Below, in pieces: positions 45,034-54,657 of a DNA stretch of 54,657 nucleotides; position 1 is the stretch's first letter, and every line of letters starts with the position of its first letter. Origin of the DNA: Clostridia bacterium (GTDB lineage: Bacteria; Bacillota; Clostridia; Oscillospirales; CAG-272); contig JAFTJB010000140.1 in the NCBI GenBank assembly GCA_017456625.1, positions 1 through 54,657 on the forward strand, written 5' to 3'. The position numbers and the translations under genes were made by a program. Below the pieces are notes generated by a model. The model worked only from the letters and a program-made list of their open reading frames with translations. It was not told the origin of the DNA and did no database searches.

Positions 45034-46458
45034 ATGGGAGGATATTTTGGCGCAGTCAGTCGGCATGACGCCATTTCAGATGTTTTTTTCGGTACCGACT
45101 ATCATTCACACCTCGGTACCAAGCGCGCGGGTGTTGCGGCGTACGATCCGGAGATCGGATTGCAAAGAGAGATCCACAACATCAGCGATTCACCCTTTCG
45201 CACACGCTTCGATCACATCTTTGATGAGATGCGGGGAACCTCCTCGATCGGATGCATCAGCGATTGCGATCCGCAGCCGCTGATCATTCACTCGAAGTTC
45301 GGCGCGTTTGCGATCTGTATGATCGGTGTGATCAACAATGCCGATGAGCTGATCGAGAAATATATGTTCCAAAGCGGCGGACACTTCAACGCCATGACGG
45401 GCGGAGTGATCAACACGACCGAATTGGTCGCGGCGCTCATCTCCCAAAAGGATTCCTTTACAGAGGGCATTCGGTTTGCCCAGGAGGTGATCCGGGGAAC
45501 GGCAGCAATTCTGATCCTGTGTGACGGTGGCAACATCATTGCCGCGCGCGATCGCTTGGGGCGCTTGCCGATGGTGATCGGTAAGAACGAGGACGGCTAT
45601 TGCGTCGCGTTCGAGTCCTTCTCCTACAAAAAGCTCGGCTATGACGACGAGCGGGAGCTGGGACCTGCCGAGATCGTAGAAATTTCACCCGACGGGGTTA
45701 AGCAGCTGTCGCCTCCCGGTAAGGAGATGCGTATCTGTTCCTTCCTTTGGTCCTATTTCGGCTATCCAAACGCTGTATATGAGGGCGTCAACGTCGAATT
45801 GATGCGTTATCGCAACGGTGCGATCATGGCAAAGAGAGATAAGGAAACAGGCTCTGCCGACGGTGTGGATTATATTGCGGGTATTCCGGATTCGGGTACA
45901 CCGCATGCGATCGGCTACGCAAATGAGAGCGGAATTCCGTACGCGCGTCCGTACATTAAGTATACCCCCACTTGGGCAAGAAGCTTTATGCCGGGCAACC
46001 AAAAGCACCGTAACAAGGTCGCCAAAATGAAGCAGATTCCCGTGCACGACCTCATAGAAGGAAAGAAGCTCCTTTTCGTGGACGACTCGATCGTACGCGG
46101 AACACAGCTCAAGGAAACGAGAGATTTTCTGTATCAGAACGGTGCAAAGGCGATCCACATGCGCTCTGCATGCCCGCCGATCATGTACTGCTGCAAATAC
46201 CTCGATTTCTCGCGTAACAAAAACGAGATGGATCTTCTGGCTCGCCGTGTGATCATGGAGCTGGAGGGCGAAGAGGGCTTTCACCATTTGGAGGAATACA
46301 GCGATGCGGAAACCGAGCGCGGAAAGAATCTGCGCCGTCGCATCAGCGAGAACTTTGAGTACGATTCGTTGGAATATCAAACACTGGAGGGCGTGATCGA
46401 GGCGATCGGTCTCGAGCCCTGTAAACTTTGCACTTACTGTTGGAATGGAAAGGAATAA
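45034..46458 (+). CDS. purF: Amidophosphoribosyltransferase, variant lacking the N-terminal catalytic Cys
   Basis: ARDRLGRLP, CSFLWSYFG, PDSG, VDDSIVRGT PRPP motif, C-terminal CTYCW; begins MGGYFG rather than (M)CG. Confidence 0.88.
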   Translation: MGGYFGAVSRHDAISDVFFGTDYHSHLGTKRAGVAAYDPEIGLQREIHNISDSPFRTRFDHIFDEMRGTSSIGCISDCDPQPLIIHSKFGAFAICMIGVINNADELIEKYMFQSGGHFNAMTGGVINTTELVAALISQKDSFTEGIRFAQEVIRGTAAILILCDGGNIIAARDRLGRLPMVIGKNEDGYCVAFESFSYKKLGYDDERELGPAEIVEISPDGVKQLSPPGKEMRICSFLWSYFGYPNAVYEGVNVELMRYRNGAIMAKRDKETGSADGVDYIAGIPDSGTPHAIGYANESGIPYARPYIKYTPTWARSFMPGNQKHRNKVAKMKQIPVHDLIEGKKLLFVDDSIVRGTQLKETRDFLYQNGAKAIHMRSACPPIMYCCKYLDFSRNKNEMDLLARRVIMELEGEEGFHHLEEYSDAETERGKNLRRRISENFEYDSLEYQTLEGVIEAIGLEPCKLCTYCWNGKE

Positions 46459-46463
46459 ATAAC

Positions 46464-47510
46464 ATGAAGAATTCAAGATCTGAGAGCTACGCAGCAGCGG
46501 GCGTTGACATTACCGCGGGTTACCGCGCAGTAGAATTGATGAAAAAGCATATCGCGCGCACCAAGAATGAGGGTTGCCTTGACGATGTTGGTGGCTTTGG
46601 CGGTTGCTTCGGTCTTCCCATAGCAGGTATGGAGGAGCCCGTTCTCGTTTCGGGCACCGACGGATGCGGCACCAAGGTAAAGATGGCGATCCTGATGGAC
46701 AAGCACGATACCATCGGTATTGACGCGGTCGCAATGTGTGTCAACGATATCATCTGTTGCGGTGCAAAGCCTCTGTTCTTCCTCGACTATATCGCTTGCG
46801 GAAAGAACATCCCCGAAAAGATTGCCGATATCGTTGGCGGTGTTGCGGAGGGCTGTGTGCAGTCCGGCGCGGCACTCATCGGCGGTGAGACCGCAGAGCA
46901 TCCCGGCATGATGCCCGTCGAGGAATATGACCTCGCAGGCTTCGCGGTCGGTATCGTTGATAAGAAGAAGATCCTTGATAATACCCGCATGGCAGAGGGC
47001 GACGTGATCATCGCGCTTGCATCCAGCGGTGTTCACTCCAACGGCTTCTCACTTTGCCGCAAGGTGTTTGATATCGATCATAACCCCGATAGCCTTTACG
47101 TTCCTAATGAGGCACTCGGCGGCAAGAGCATTGCCGAGACACTTCTTACCCCCACCCGTATCTACGTCAAGTCGGTTCTTGCTCTGCTCGAGAAGGTAGA
47201 CGTCAAGGGCATCAGCCATATCACGGGCGGCGGCTTCTATGAGAATATTCCGCGCTCCATCCCGAAGGGACTCATGGCAAAGGTCAACAAGTCCGCGGTC
47301 AAGGTGCTTCCCATCTTTGATCTGATCGCAAAGACCGGAGGCGTTCCCGAGCGCGACATGTATAACACCTATAACATGGGTGTCGGCATGAGCATCGTCG
47401 TCCCCGCCGCAGAGGTGGAGAAGGCACTCGAGATCCTGACCGCTTGCGGTGAGGATGCTTACGTGATCGGTGAGATCGTAAGCGGCGACGAAGGTGTGGT
47501 GCTCGAGTAA
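46464..47510 (+). CDS. purM: Phosphoribosylformylglycinamidine cyclo-ligase
   Basis: YAAAGVDI, TDGCGTK, MCVND, GGETAEHPG, SSGVHSNG, HITGGG, YNMGVG. Confidence 0.97.
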   Translation: MKNSRSESYAAAGVDITAGYRAVELMKKHIARTKNEGCLDDVGGFGGCFGLPIAGMEEPVLVSGTDGCGTKVKMAILMDKHDTIGIDAVAMCVNDIICCGAKPLFFLDYIACGKNIPEKIADIVGGVAEGCVQSGAALIGGETAEHPGMMPVEEYDLAGFAVGIVDKKKILDNTRMAEGDVIIALASSGVHSNGFSLCRKVFDIDHNPDSLYVPNEALGGKSIAETLLTPTRIYVKSVLALLEKVDVKGISHITGGGFYENIPRSIPKGLMAKVNKSAVKVLPIFDLIAKTGGVPERDMYNTYNMGVGMSIVVPAAEVEKALEILTACGEDAYVIGEIVSGDEGVVLE

Positions 47511-48148
47511 TGAGTAAGAAACGGATCGCGGTATTGGTGTCGGGCGGGGGAACCAACCTGCAGGCACTGATCGACGCAGAAAAGAAGGGAATGTTCGGTG
47601 AGAGCGGTATCGCACTCGTCGTAGCCTCCAAGGCAGGCGTTTACGCTTTGGAAAGAGCGGCAAGCAACGGCATCGATTCCATCGTGCTCGCACGCAAGGA
47701 TTACGCGGATATCGCGGCATACTCCCGTGCGCTTGCCGATACGCTGACGGCGGCAAGGATCGATCTTGTGGTGTTGGCGGGCTTCCTTACCATCATCGAC
47801 GAGCAGGTCTACGAGGCGTTCCCGAACAAGATCATCAACGTTCACCCCGCACTCATTCCGTCCTTTTGCGGAAAGGGCTACTACGGCTTGCACGTCCACG
47901 AGGCGGCGCTCGCAAAGGGAGTCAAGGTCTCGGGCGCTACGGTCCATATCGTAACTCCCGAATGTGACGCGGGACCCATCATTCTTCAGCGTGCGGTTGC
48001 GGTCAAGGAGGACGACACTCCCGAGACCCTGCAGCGACGCATTATGGAGGAGGCAGAATGGAATATTCTGCCCGAGGCGGTCAAGCTGTTCTGCGAGGAC
48101 AGACTCACAGTAAAAGACAATAAGGTTTTTATAGAAGGAGAGAAATAA
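47510..48148 (+). CDS. purN: Phosphoribosylglycinamide formyltransferase
   Basis: SGGGTNLQA, LAGF, INVHPALIP, GATVH, DAGPII. Confidence 0.96.
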   Translation: MSKKRIAVLVSGGGTNLQALIDAEKKGMFGESGIALVVASKAGVYALERAASNGIDSIVLARKDYADIAAYSRALADTLTAARIDLVVLAGFLTIIDEQVYEAFPNKIINVHPALIPSFCGKGYYGLHVHEAALAKGVKVSGATVHIVTPECDAGPIILQRAVAVKEDDTPETLQRRIMEEAEWNILPEAVKLFCEDRLTVKDNKVFIEGEK

Positions 48149-48864
48149 TGAAGGTTTCAACGATCGCAAATGAGCTGAATTCTCTGGCATACCACGGCAG
48201 AGGAATTATGATCGGCAAGAGTGCCGACGGTAAGAAGGCGGTTACCGCATATTTTATCATGGGCAGAAGCGTCAACAGCCGCAACCGCGTATTTGTCGCA
48301 GAGGGCGACGCAATGCGTACCAAGGCGTTTGACGAATCCAAGATGGTGGATCCTCACCTCATTATTTATTATCCCGTTCGCGTGCTTGGTAACAAGACCA
48401 TCGTGACCAACGGTGACCAGACCGATACCATCTACGAGCTTATGGATAAGCAGATGACCTTTGAGCAGGCACTCCGCACCCGTGAGTTTGAGGATGATAA
48501 GCCCAACTTTACTCCCAGAATTTCCGGCATTATCCGCCGCGAGCAGGACGGCATGAATTTTGCAATGTCGATCCTCAAGAGCGCAGAGGGCGACGACAGC
48601 TCCTGCGAGAGATTTACATATGCGTACTCCAATCCCATCGCGGGCAGAGCAAAGTTTTTCCACACCTACAACGGCGAGGGTGATCCGCTGCCTTCCTTTG
48701 AGGGTGAGCCCAAGACGCTCGAGCTTCCCGACGTGGATATCGATACGCTGACCGACCTGATCTGGACCAATCTCAATGAGGACAACAAGGTGTCGCTCTT
48801 TGTTCGTTACATCGATATTGCAAGCGGCGACTGCGAGACGAGAATCGTCAATAAGAATGTGTGA
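48148..48864 (+). CDS. IMP cyclohydrolase, PurO-like (archaeal-type fold)
   Basis: YHGRGI, YFIMGRSVNSRNR, LIIYYP, VTNGDQTD, FEDDKPNFTPRISG, HTY; next to an AICARFT-only purH. Confidence 0.8.
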   Translation: MKVSTIANELNSLAYHGRGIMIGKSADGKKAVTAYFIMGRSVNSRNRVFVAEGDAMRTKAFDESKMVDPHLIIYYPVRVLGNKTIVTNGDQTDTIYELMDKQMTFEQALRTREFEDDKPNFTPRISGIIRREQDGMNFAMSILKSAEGDDSSCERFTYAYSNPIAGRAKFFHTYNGEGDPLPSFEGEPKTLELPDVDIDTLTDLIWTNLNEDNKVSLFVRYIDIASGDCETRIVNKNV

Positions 48865-48874
48865 GGTGCAAACC

Positions 48875-50059
48875 ATGAAAGAATTTGAACTGAAATACGG
48901 CTGTAACCCCAATCAGAAGCCCGCAAAGATCTTTATGCACGACGGAAGTGAGCTTCCCATCGAGATCCTCTGCGGCAGACCCGGATATATCAACTTCCTC
49001 GATGCGTTCAACTCCTGGCAGCTCGTCAAGGAGCTCAAGGAGATCCTCGGTATGCCCGCGGTAACCTCCTTCAAGCACGTCAGCCCCACCTCGGCGGCTG
49101 TCGGTATCCCGCTCTCCGACGCGCTCAAGAAGGCTTGCTTCGTTGACGATATCGAGGGACTCGATGAGTCTCCCTTGGCTTGTGCGTACGCGCGTGCAAG
49201 AGGCACGGACAGAATGTGCTCCTTTGGCGACTGGGTCGCACTTTCCGACGTTTGTGACGTGACCACCGCAAAGATGCTCGCGCGCGAGGTCTCCGACGGT
49301 ATTATCGCTCCCGGCTACGAGCCCGAGGCGCTTGAGATCCTCAAGACCAAGAGAAAGGGTGCTTACAATATTATTAAGATCGATCCCGACTTCGTGCCCG
49401 ATCCCATTGAGCACAAGCAGGTCTACGGCATTACCTTCGAGCAGGGAAGAAACAACTTCCGCATCGACCGTGAGCTGCTTTCCAATATTGTCACCGAGAA
49501 CAAGGATCTCCCCGAGAGTGCGGTCAGAGATCTGATCATTGCACTTATTACCCTTAAATACACGCAGTCCAACTCTGTTTGCTATGCCGTTGACGGTCAG
49601 GCGATCGGTGTTGGCGCGGGTCAGCAGTCCCGTATCCATTGCACCCGTCTCGCGGGCGATAAGGCAAACACATGGTTCCTCCGTCAGCATGAGAAGGTGC
49701 TGAATCTCCCCTTCAAGAGCGATATCCGCCGTCCCGATCGCGACAACGTCATCGACGGTTACATCAACCAGAACGAAGAGGACGTTTGCGCGGACGGCAA
49801 TTGGCAGAAGTACTTCACCGAGCAGCCCGCTCCCTTCACGCGTGAGGAGCAGAGAGCATACCTCGATACCATCGACGGTGTTTCCATCGGCTCGGATGCG
49901 TTCTTCCCGTTCAGCGACAACATCGAGCGCGCAAAGAGAAGCGGCGTTAAGTACGTCGCAGAGCCCGGCGGATCCATCCGTGACGACGCGGTCATCGATT
50001 GCTGCAACAAGTACGGCATGACCATGGCGTTCACGGGTATGCGCCTGTTCCACCATTAA
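48875..50059 (+). CDS. purH: AICAR transformylase (PurH lacking the IMPCH domain)
   Basis: Begins directly at LKYGCNPNQ; KHVSP, SFGD, KYTQSNSV, GAGQQSRIHC, SDAFFPF, PGGSIRD, RLFHH. Confidence 0.9.
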   Translation: MKEFELKYGCNPNQKPAKIFMHDGSELPIEILCGRPGYINFLDAFNSWQLVKELKEILGMPAVTSFKHVSPTSAAVGIPLSDALKKACFVDDIEGLDESPLACAYARARGTDRMCSFGDWVALSDVCDVTTAKMLAREVSDGIIAPGYEPEALEILKTKRKGAYNIIKIDPDFVPDPIEHKQVYGITFEQGRNNFRIDRELLSNIVTENKDLPESAVRDLIIALITLKYTQSNSVCYAVDGQAIGVGAGQQSRIHCTRLAGDKANTWFLRQHEKVLNLPFKSDIRRPDRDNVIDGYINQNEEDVCADGNWQKYFTEQPAPFTREEQRAYLDTIDGVSIGSDAFFPFSDNIERAKRSGVKYVAEPGGSIRDDAVIDCCNKYGMTMAFTGMRLFHH

Positions 50060-50078
50060 ACCGTTAAGGAGAAAATCA

Positions 50079-51347
50079 ATGAAGCTTATGGTCGTAGGTG
50101 GCGGAGGCAGAGAGCACGCCATTATTAAAAAACTCAAAGAAAACAAGACGGTAGAGAAGATCTACGCGCTCCCCGGTAACGGCGGTATGGCAGAGGATGC
50201 GGAGCTGGTCAACATCGGAGCCAAGGATATCGATGCCATTGTGGATTTTGCCGTCAAAAATCAGATCGACTATGCGGTCGTCGCTCCGGACGATCCGCTT
50301 GTTCTCGGCGCAGTCGATGCGCTGGAGGCAGTCGGCATTCCTTGCTTCGGTCCTCGCGCCAATGCGGCGATCATTGAGGGAAGTAAGGTCTTTTCCAAGA
50401 ACTTGATGAAGAAATACGGAATTCCCACGGCGGAGTACGAGGTGTTTGACGACATGGATGCGGCGCTGAAGTATCTCGAGACCGCACCCATTCCCACCGT
50501 TATCAAGGCGGACGGATTGGCGCTCGGTAAGGGCGTTATCATTGCGGAAACGCGCGAGGCGGCAAGGGATGCCGTTCGCTCCATGATGCAGGATAAGGTC
50601 TTTGGCAAGAGTGGAGATCACATCGTCATCGAGGAGTTCCTCACGGGTCCCGAGGTCTCCGTGCTCTCCTTTACCGACGGCAAGGTCGTTGTTCCCATGG
50701 TTTCGTCCATGGACCACAAGAGAGCAGGGGATAACGATACGGGACTTAACACGGGCGGTATGGGTACGGTCGCACCGAACCCCTACTACACCGAGGCGCT
50801 CGCAAAGGAGTGCATGGAGACCATCTTCCTCCCCACGGTCAACGCAATGAACGCCGAGGGCAGAACCTTTAAGGGATGTCTCTATTTCGGATTGATGATC
50901 ACGCCCAAGGGTCCGAAGGTCATTGAGTACAACTGCCGCTTCGGCGATCCCGAAACGCAGGTCGTGCTGCCGCTCCTTGAGAGCGATCTTCTCACGGTCA
51001 TGCAGGCAACCACCAACGGTACGCTTGCCGAGACCGAGGTAAAGTTCGGCAAGGGAAATGCTTGCTGTGTCATCATGGCATCCGCAGGCTATCCCTCCGC
51101 TTACGAGAAGGGATTTTTGATGACCATTCCCGAGGCGGTTCGCGACACCGTTTACGTTGCGGGTGCTACGCTTGACAGCGAGGGACTTAAGACCAACGGC
51201 GGACGCGTGCTTGGTGTGACCGCAGTGGCGGATACGCTCCCCGAGGCGATCGATGCCGCTTACAAAAAGGTTGAAACCATTCATTTTGAGAATGCATACT
51301 ACCGTCACGATATTGGAAAACGCGCAATGGAGGCTTACGGAAAGTAA
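50079..51347 (+). CDS. purD: Phosphoribosylamine--glycine ligase
   Basis: GGGGREHA, PGNGG, KADGLALGKGV, DHKR, NTGGMG, EYNCRFGDPE, GGRVL. Confidence 0.97.
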   Translation: MKLMVVGGGGREHAIIKKLKENKTVEKIYALPGNGGMAEDAELVNIGAKDIDAIVDFAVKNQIDYAVVAPDDPLVLGAVDALEAVGIPCFGPRANAAIIEGSKVFSKNLMKKYGIPTAEYEVFDDMDAALKYLETAPIPTVIKADGLALGKGVIIAETREAARDAVRSMMQDKVFGKSGDHIVIEEFLTGPEVSVLSFTDGKVVVPMVSSMDHKRAGDNDTGLNTGGMGTVAPNPYYTEALAKECMETIFLPTVNAMNAEGRTFKGCLYFGLMITPKGPKVIEYNCRFGDPETQVVLPLLESDLLTVMQATTNGTLAETEVKFGKGNACCVIMASAGYPSAYEKGFLMTIPEAVRDTVYVAGATLDSEGLKTNGGRVLGVTAVADTLPEAIDAAYKKVETIHFENAYYRHDIGKRAMEAYGK

Positions 51348-51349
51348 TT

Positions 51350-54300
51350 ATGGTATACAGAATATTCGTTGAAAAAAAGGCAGAGCTGGCGCATGAGGCA
51401 AACGCGCTTTGCTCCGAGCTGAAAAATCTGCTTGGCATTAAATCGCTCGAGTCGGTTCGCATCCTGAACCGCTATGATGCGGAAAATATTACCGAGGAGC
51501 TGTTTGAAACGGCAGTTCGTACGGTCTTCTCCGAGCCTCAGCTTGATATGGCTACCACCGAGGTGGATGCCAAGGGAGGGATCGTGTTTGCGGTAGAGCC
51601 TCTGCCGGGTCAGTTTGATCAGAGAGCGGATTCGGCGGCGCAGTGCATTCAGCTGCAGAGCCAGGGCGACCGTCCCACGGTGCGCTCCGCAAAGGTCTAC
51701 GTTCTGGGCGGTAAATTGAGCGCAGAGGACGTGGAGGCGATCAAAAAGTACGTGATCAATGCGGTGGAGAGCCGCGAGGCAGCACTGGAAAAGCCCGAAA
51801 CGCTTGCGATCGAATACGGCACGCCCACGACCGTTGCAACGGTCTGCGGCTTTACGGAATTGGATGAGAAGGGTCTGTCCGATCTGCTCGATAGCCTCGG
51901 ACTCGCAATGGATCTGGACGATCTGAAATTCTTGCAGGACTATTTCAAAAACGAAGAGCATCGCGATCCCACCATCACCGAGATCCGCGTAGTAGATACC
52001 TATTGGTCGGATCACTGCCGTCACACCACCTTCTCGACGCATATCGACAACGTCAAGATCGATGATCCCGCCGTTGCGCGCACATATGAGCGTTATCTGG
52101 CGGCTCGCGTAGAGGTTTACGGTGAGGAGAAGGCGGCAAAGCGTCCGCAGACGCTGATGGACATTGCGACCATTGCCGTGAAAACTCTGAAAAAGCGCGG
52201 TGTGCTTCCCGAATTGGACGAGAGTGAGGAGATCAACGCCTGCTCCATCCACGTAAACGCAACCGTCAACGGTGAGGACCAGGATTGGCTGTTGATGTTC
52301 AAGAACGAGACCCACAACCACCCCACGGAGATCGAGCCCTTCGGTGGCGCGGCAACCTGTATCGGCGGTTGTATCCGTGATCCGCTGTCGGGACGTGCGT
52401 ACGTACACCAGGCAATGCGTGTGACGGGTGCGGGAGATCCTCGCCGTGCGATCGCAGATACGATGGCGGGCAAGCTTCCGCAGAGAAAGCTTTGTCAGAC
52501 TGCCGCGGCAGGATATTCCTCCTACGGTAACCAGATCGGTCTTGCAACGGGACACGTTGCGGAGGTCTATCACGACGGTTACGTGGCAAAGAGACTTGAG
52601 TGCGGTGCCGTTGTGGCGGCAGCACCCGCGTACAACGTACGCCGTGAACGCCCCGAGGCAGGCGATGTGATCATTCTGCTCGGCGGACGCACGGGACGTG
52701 ATGGTATCGGTGGTGCGACAGGCTCCTCCAAGAGCCATAACATGAAGTCTCTCACGACGATGGCATCCGAGGTCCAGAAGGGTAACGCACCCGAGGAGAG
52801 AAAGATCCAGCGTCTGTTCCGCAATGCGGAGGTCACGCGCTTGATCAAGAGATGCAACGACTTTGGCGCGGGCGGTGTTTCGGTTGCGATCGGTGAGCTC
52901 GCGGACGGCTTGCGCATCGATCTGGATGCAGTCAGAAAGAAGTATGACGGTCTTGACGGTACCGAGCTTGCAATCAGCGAGTCGCAGGAGCGTATGGCTG
53001 TCGTTGTTGCCGCAGAGGATGCGGATAAATTCATCGCGTATGCCGAGGCAGAGAACCTTGAGGCATATCGCGTTGCGATCGTTACCGAGGAAGCGCGCAT
53101 GGTAATGTCCTGGAAGGGACAGACCGTTGCCGACCTTTCCCGTGAATTTTTGAATACGAACGGTGCGGATAAGCACGCAACGGCAGAGGTTACCGAGAAG
53201 GATCTTTCTGTGCTCTCGAAGGCACTGTACGGCGATCTGCGTGAGATGGCGAGCGATCTGAAGACCGCAAGCCGCAGAGGACTTGTCGAGCGCTTTGACG
53301 GCTCGATCGGCGCGGGCTCCGTGCTCATGCCCTTCGGCGGAAAAACGCAGAGCACTCCCGCGCAGGCAATGGCGGCACTGCTTCCCGTTCTTCCGGGACA
53401 GACCACCGATCAGGCAAGCGTTATGTCCTGGGCGCTGGATGCGGATCTGATGAGCATCGATCCTTACGTTGGCGCACGTACTGCGGTATATCACTCTATG
53501 GCAAAGCTTGTAGCGGCAGGCGCGGACTATAAGGATGCATACCTGACCCTGCAGGAGTTCTTTGAAAAGCTTCGCAATGAGCCCGCTCGCTGGGGTAAGC
53601 CCATGGCGGCACTGCTCGGCGCGATGGATGCGCAGCTTGAATTGAATGCGGCTGCGATCGGCGGTAAGGACTCGATGTCGGGCTCCTTCATGGATCTTGA
53701 CGTTCCGCCTACGCTCATCTCCTTTGCGATCGCTCCCATCAAGGCAGGCGACGTGATCTCTCCCGAATTCAAGGCGGCGGGTCACCCCGTATATTTGTTT
53801 GCTCCCAATGCCGAGGGCGCAGATGCCACCAAGGCTGCATGGGAAGCATTCCACGCGCTTTGCAAGGAGGGCAAGGTCAAGGCTGCATGGGCAGTTGAAA
53901 ACGGACTTGCCGAGGCGGTTATGAAGATGTCCTTCGGTAATGAGATCGGCTTTACCTCCAACGGTGCTGTAAAGAACGATTGGTATAATGGCATGATGCA
54001 GGACTTCATCGTTGCCGAGCTTGATGGCGACGTTGAATGTGCATACGCTACGAAGATCGGTCAGACCACCGAGGCGGCAGAGATCGTTCTGGGTGACGAT
54101 CGCGCGACCGTTGCGGAGCTGTTGGCACTCAACGAGGCAACGCTTGAGAACGTATATCCCACAAAGGCACCCGCGGGCGGAACGCTCAAGACCTTTGCGT
54201 ACGACAAGGGATGTGCGGCGGCACCTGCGATCAAGTGCGCGCGTCCCAAGGTGCTCATTCCCGTATTCCCGGGTACCAACTGCGAGTACGATTCCGCACG

Positions 54301-54657
54301 CGCAATGGAGGCGGCAGGAGCCGAGGCTGATATCGTGGTCATTCGCAATCTCACCGCCGATGCGGTTGCAAAGAGCGTGGAGACGGTATCCAAGAAGCTC
54401 GCAGAGAGCCAGATGGTATTCATTCCCGGCGGATTTTCGGGCGGAGACGAGCCGGACGGATCGGCAAAGTTTATCACCGCATTCTTCCGCAACCCCGAGA
54501 TCAAGGAGCAGGTCGCACGCCTGCTGGGCGACCGCGACGGCTTGATGCTCGGTATCTGTAACGGATTCCAGGCATTGATCAAATTGGGTCTCGTTCCTTA
54601 CGGAAAGATCATTGACACCGATGAAAACTGTCCCACGCTGACCTACAACGTCATCGG
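51350..54657 (+). CDS. purL: Phosphoribosylformylglycinamidine synthase, large single-chain type (3'-truncated by window)
   Basis: Not in the ORF track (no stop within window). ATG at 51350 gives MVYRIFVEKK; manually read motifs DTYWSDHCRHTTF, KNETHNHPTEIEPFGGAATC, TGRDGIGGATGSS, FPGTNCE, PGGFSGGDEPDGS, LGICNGFQAL. Confidence 0.95.
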   Translation, partial: MVYRIFVEKKAELAHEANALCSELKNLLGIKSLESVRILNRYDAENITEELFETAVRTVFSEPQLDMATTEVDAKGGIVFAVEPLPGQFDQRADSAAQCIQLQSQGDRPTVRSAKVYVLGGKLSAEDVEAIKKYVINAVESREAALEKPETLAIEYGTPTTVATVCGFTELDEKGLSDLLDSLGLAMDLDDLKFLQDYFKNEEHRDPTITEIRVVDTYWSDHCRHTTFSTHIDNVKIDDPAVARTYERYLAARVEVYGEEKAAKRPQTLMDIATIAVKTLKKRGVLPELDESEEINACSIHVNATVNGEDQDWLLMFKNETHNHPTEIEPFGGAATCIGGCIRDPLSGRAYVHQAMRVTGAGDPRRAIADTMAGKLPQRKLCQTAAAGYSSYGNQIGLATGHVAEVYHDGYVAKRLECGAVVAAAPAYNVRRERPEAGDVIILLGGRTGRDGIGGATGSSKSHNMKSLTTMASEVQKGNAPEERKIQRLFRNAEVTRLIKRCNDFGAGGVSVAIGELADGLRIDLDAVRKKYDGLDGTELAISESQERMAVVVAAEDADKFIAYAEAENLEAYRVAIVTEEARMVMSWKGQTVADLSREFLNTNGADKHATAEVTEKDLSVLSKALYGDLREMASDLKTASRRGLVERFDGSIGAGSVLMPFGGKTQSTPAQAMAALLPVLPGQTTDQASVMSWALDADLMSIDPYVGARTAVYHSMAKLVAAGADYKDAYLTLQEFFEKLRNEPARWGKPMAALLGAMDAQLELNAAAIGGKDSMSGSFMDLDVPPTLISFAIAPIKAGDVISPEFKAAGHPVYLFAPNAEGADATKAAWEAFHALCKEGKVKAAWAVENGLAEAVMKMSFGNEIGFTSNGAVKNDWYNGMMQDFIVAELDGDVECAYATKIGQTTEAAEIVLGDDRATVAELLALNEATLENVYPTKAPAGGTLKTFAYDKGCAAAPAIKCARPKVLIPVFPGTNCEYDSARAMEAAGAEADIVVIRNLTADAVAKSVETVSKKLAESQMVFIPGGFSGGDEPDGSAKFITAFFRNPEIKEQVARLLGDRDGLMLGICNGFQALIKLGLVPYGKIIDTDENCPTLTYNVI

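Noticed and set aside
51335-53854. 839-aa minus-strand ORF
   Set aside because: Antisense to purL, which is missing from the track only because its stop lies outside the window; no recognisable motifs.

Overview
Mostly core chromosomal DNA from a GC-rich, probably gut-associated Clostridia (Oscillospirales-like) bacterium; this placement is inferred from gene content and promoter style. Left to right: two tandem signal-peptide-less heparinase II-like lyase paralogues (one cut off by the window edge), a VUT transporter-SDR pair, assorted metabolic and membrane genes, DUF975-metG-gpsA-tatD, an EF-G paralogue, an APH/NahK-like kinase, an AT-richer orphan membrane gene between two copies of a palindromic repeat, a minus-strand housekeeping run (Gfo/Idh/MocA, coaE, slt, M18 peptidase, prfA, sua5, stand-alone type IIA topoisomerase A subunit, 47-aa membrane peptide, serine hydrolase), murB-whiA-dnaE-HAD, an ABC-F gene directly behind a CI/LexA-like repressor that faces an ArpU/RinA-like gene across a phage-style switch region, a secreted Cys-phosphatase plus surface protein operon, a GH106-like hydrolase, and a ZMP/ZTP-riboswitch-controlled pur operon (purE, purF, purM, purN, purO-like, AICARFT-only purH, purD, partial purL). 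I saw no rRNA, tRNA, CRISPR array, integrase or transposase. The best novelty candidates are (1) the prophage-free CI/LexA-ArpU switch with a repeated TACGGA-N2-TCCGTA operator coupled to an ABC-F gene, (2) a transcription-oriented REP-like hairpin+tail family, and (3) the translationally coupled VUT-SDR pair. All family calls come from motif recognition by eye; no database searches were run.
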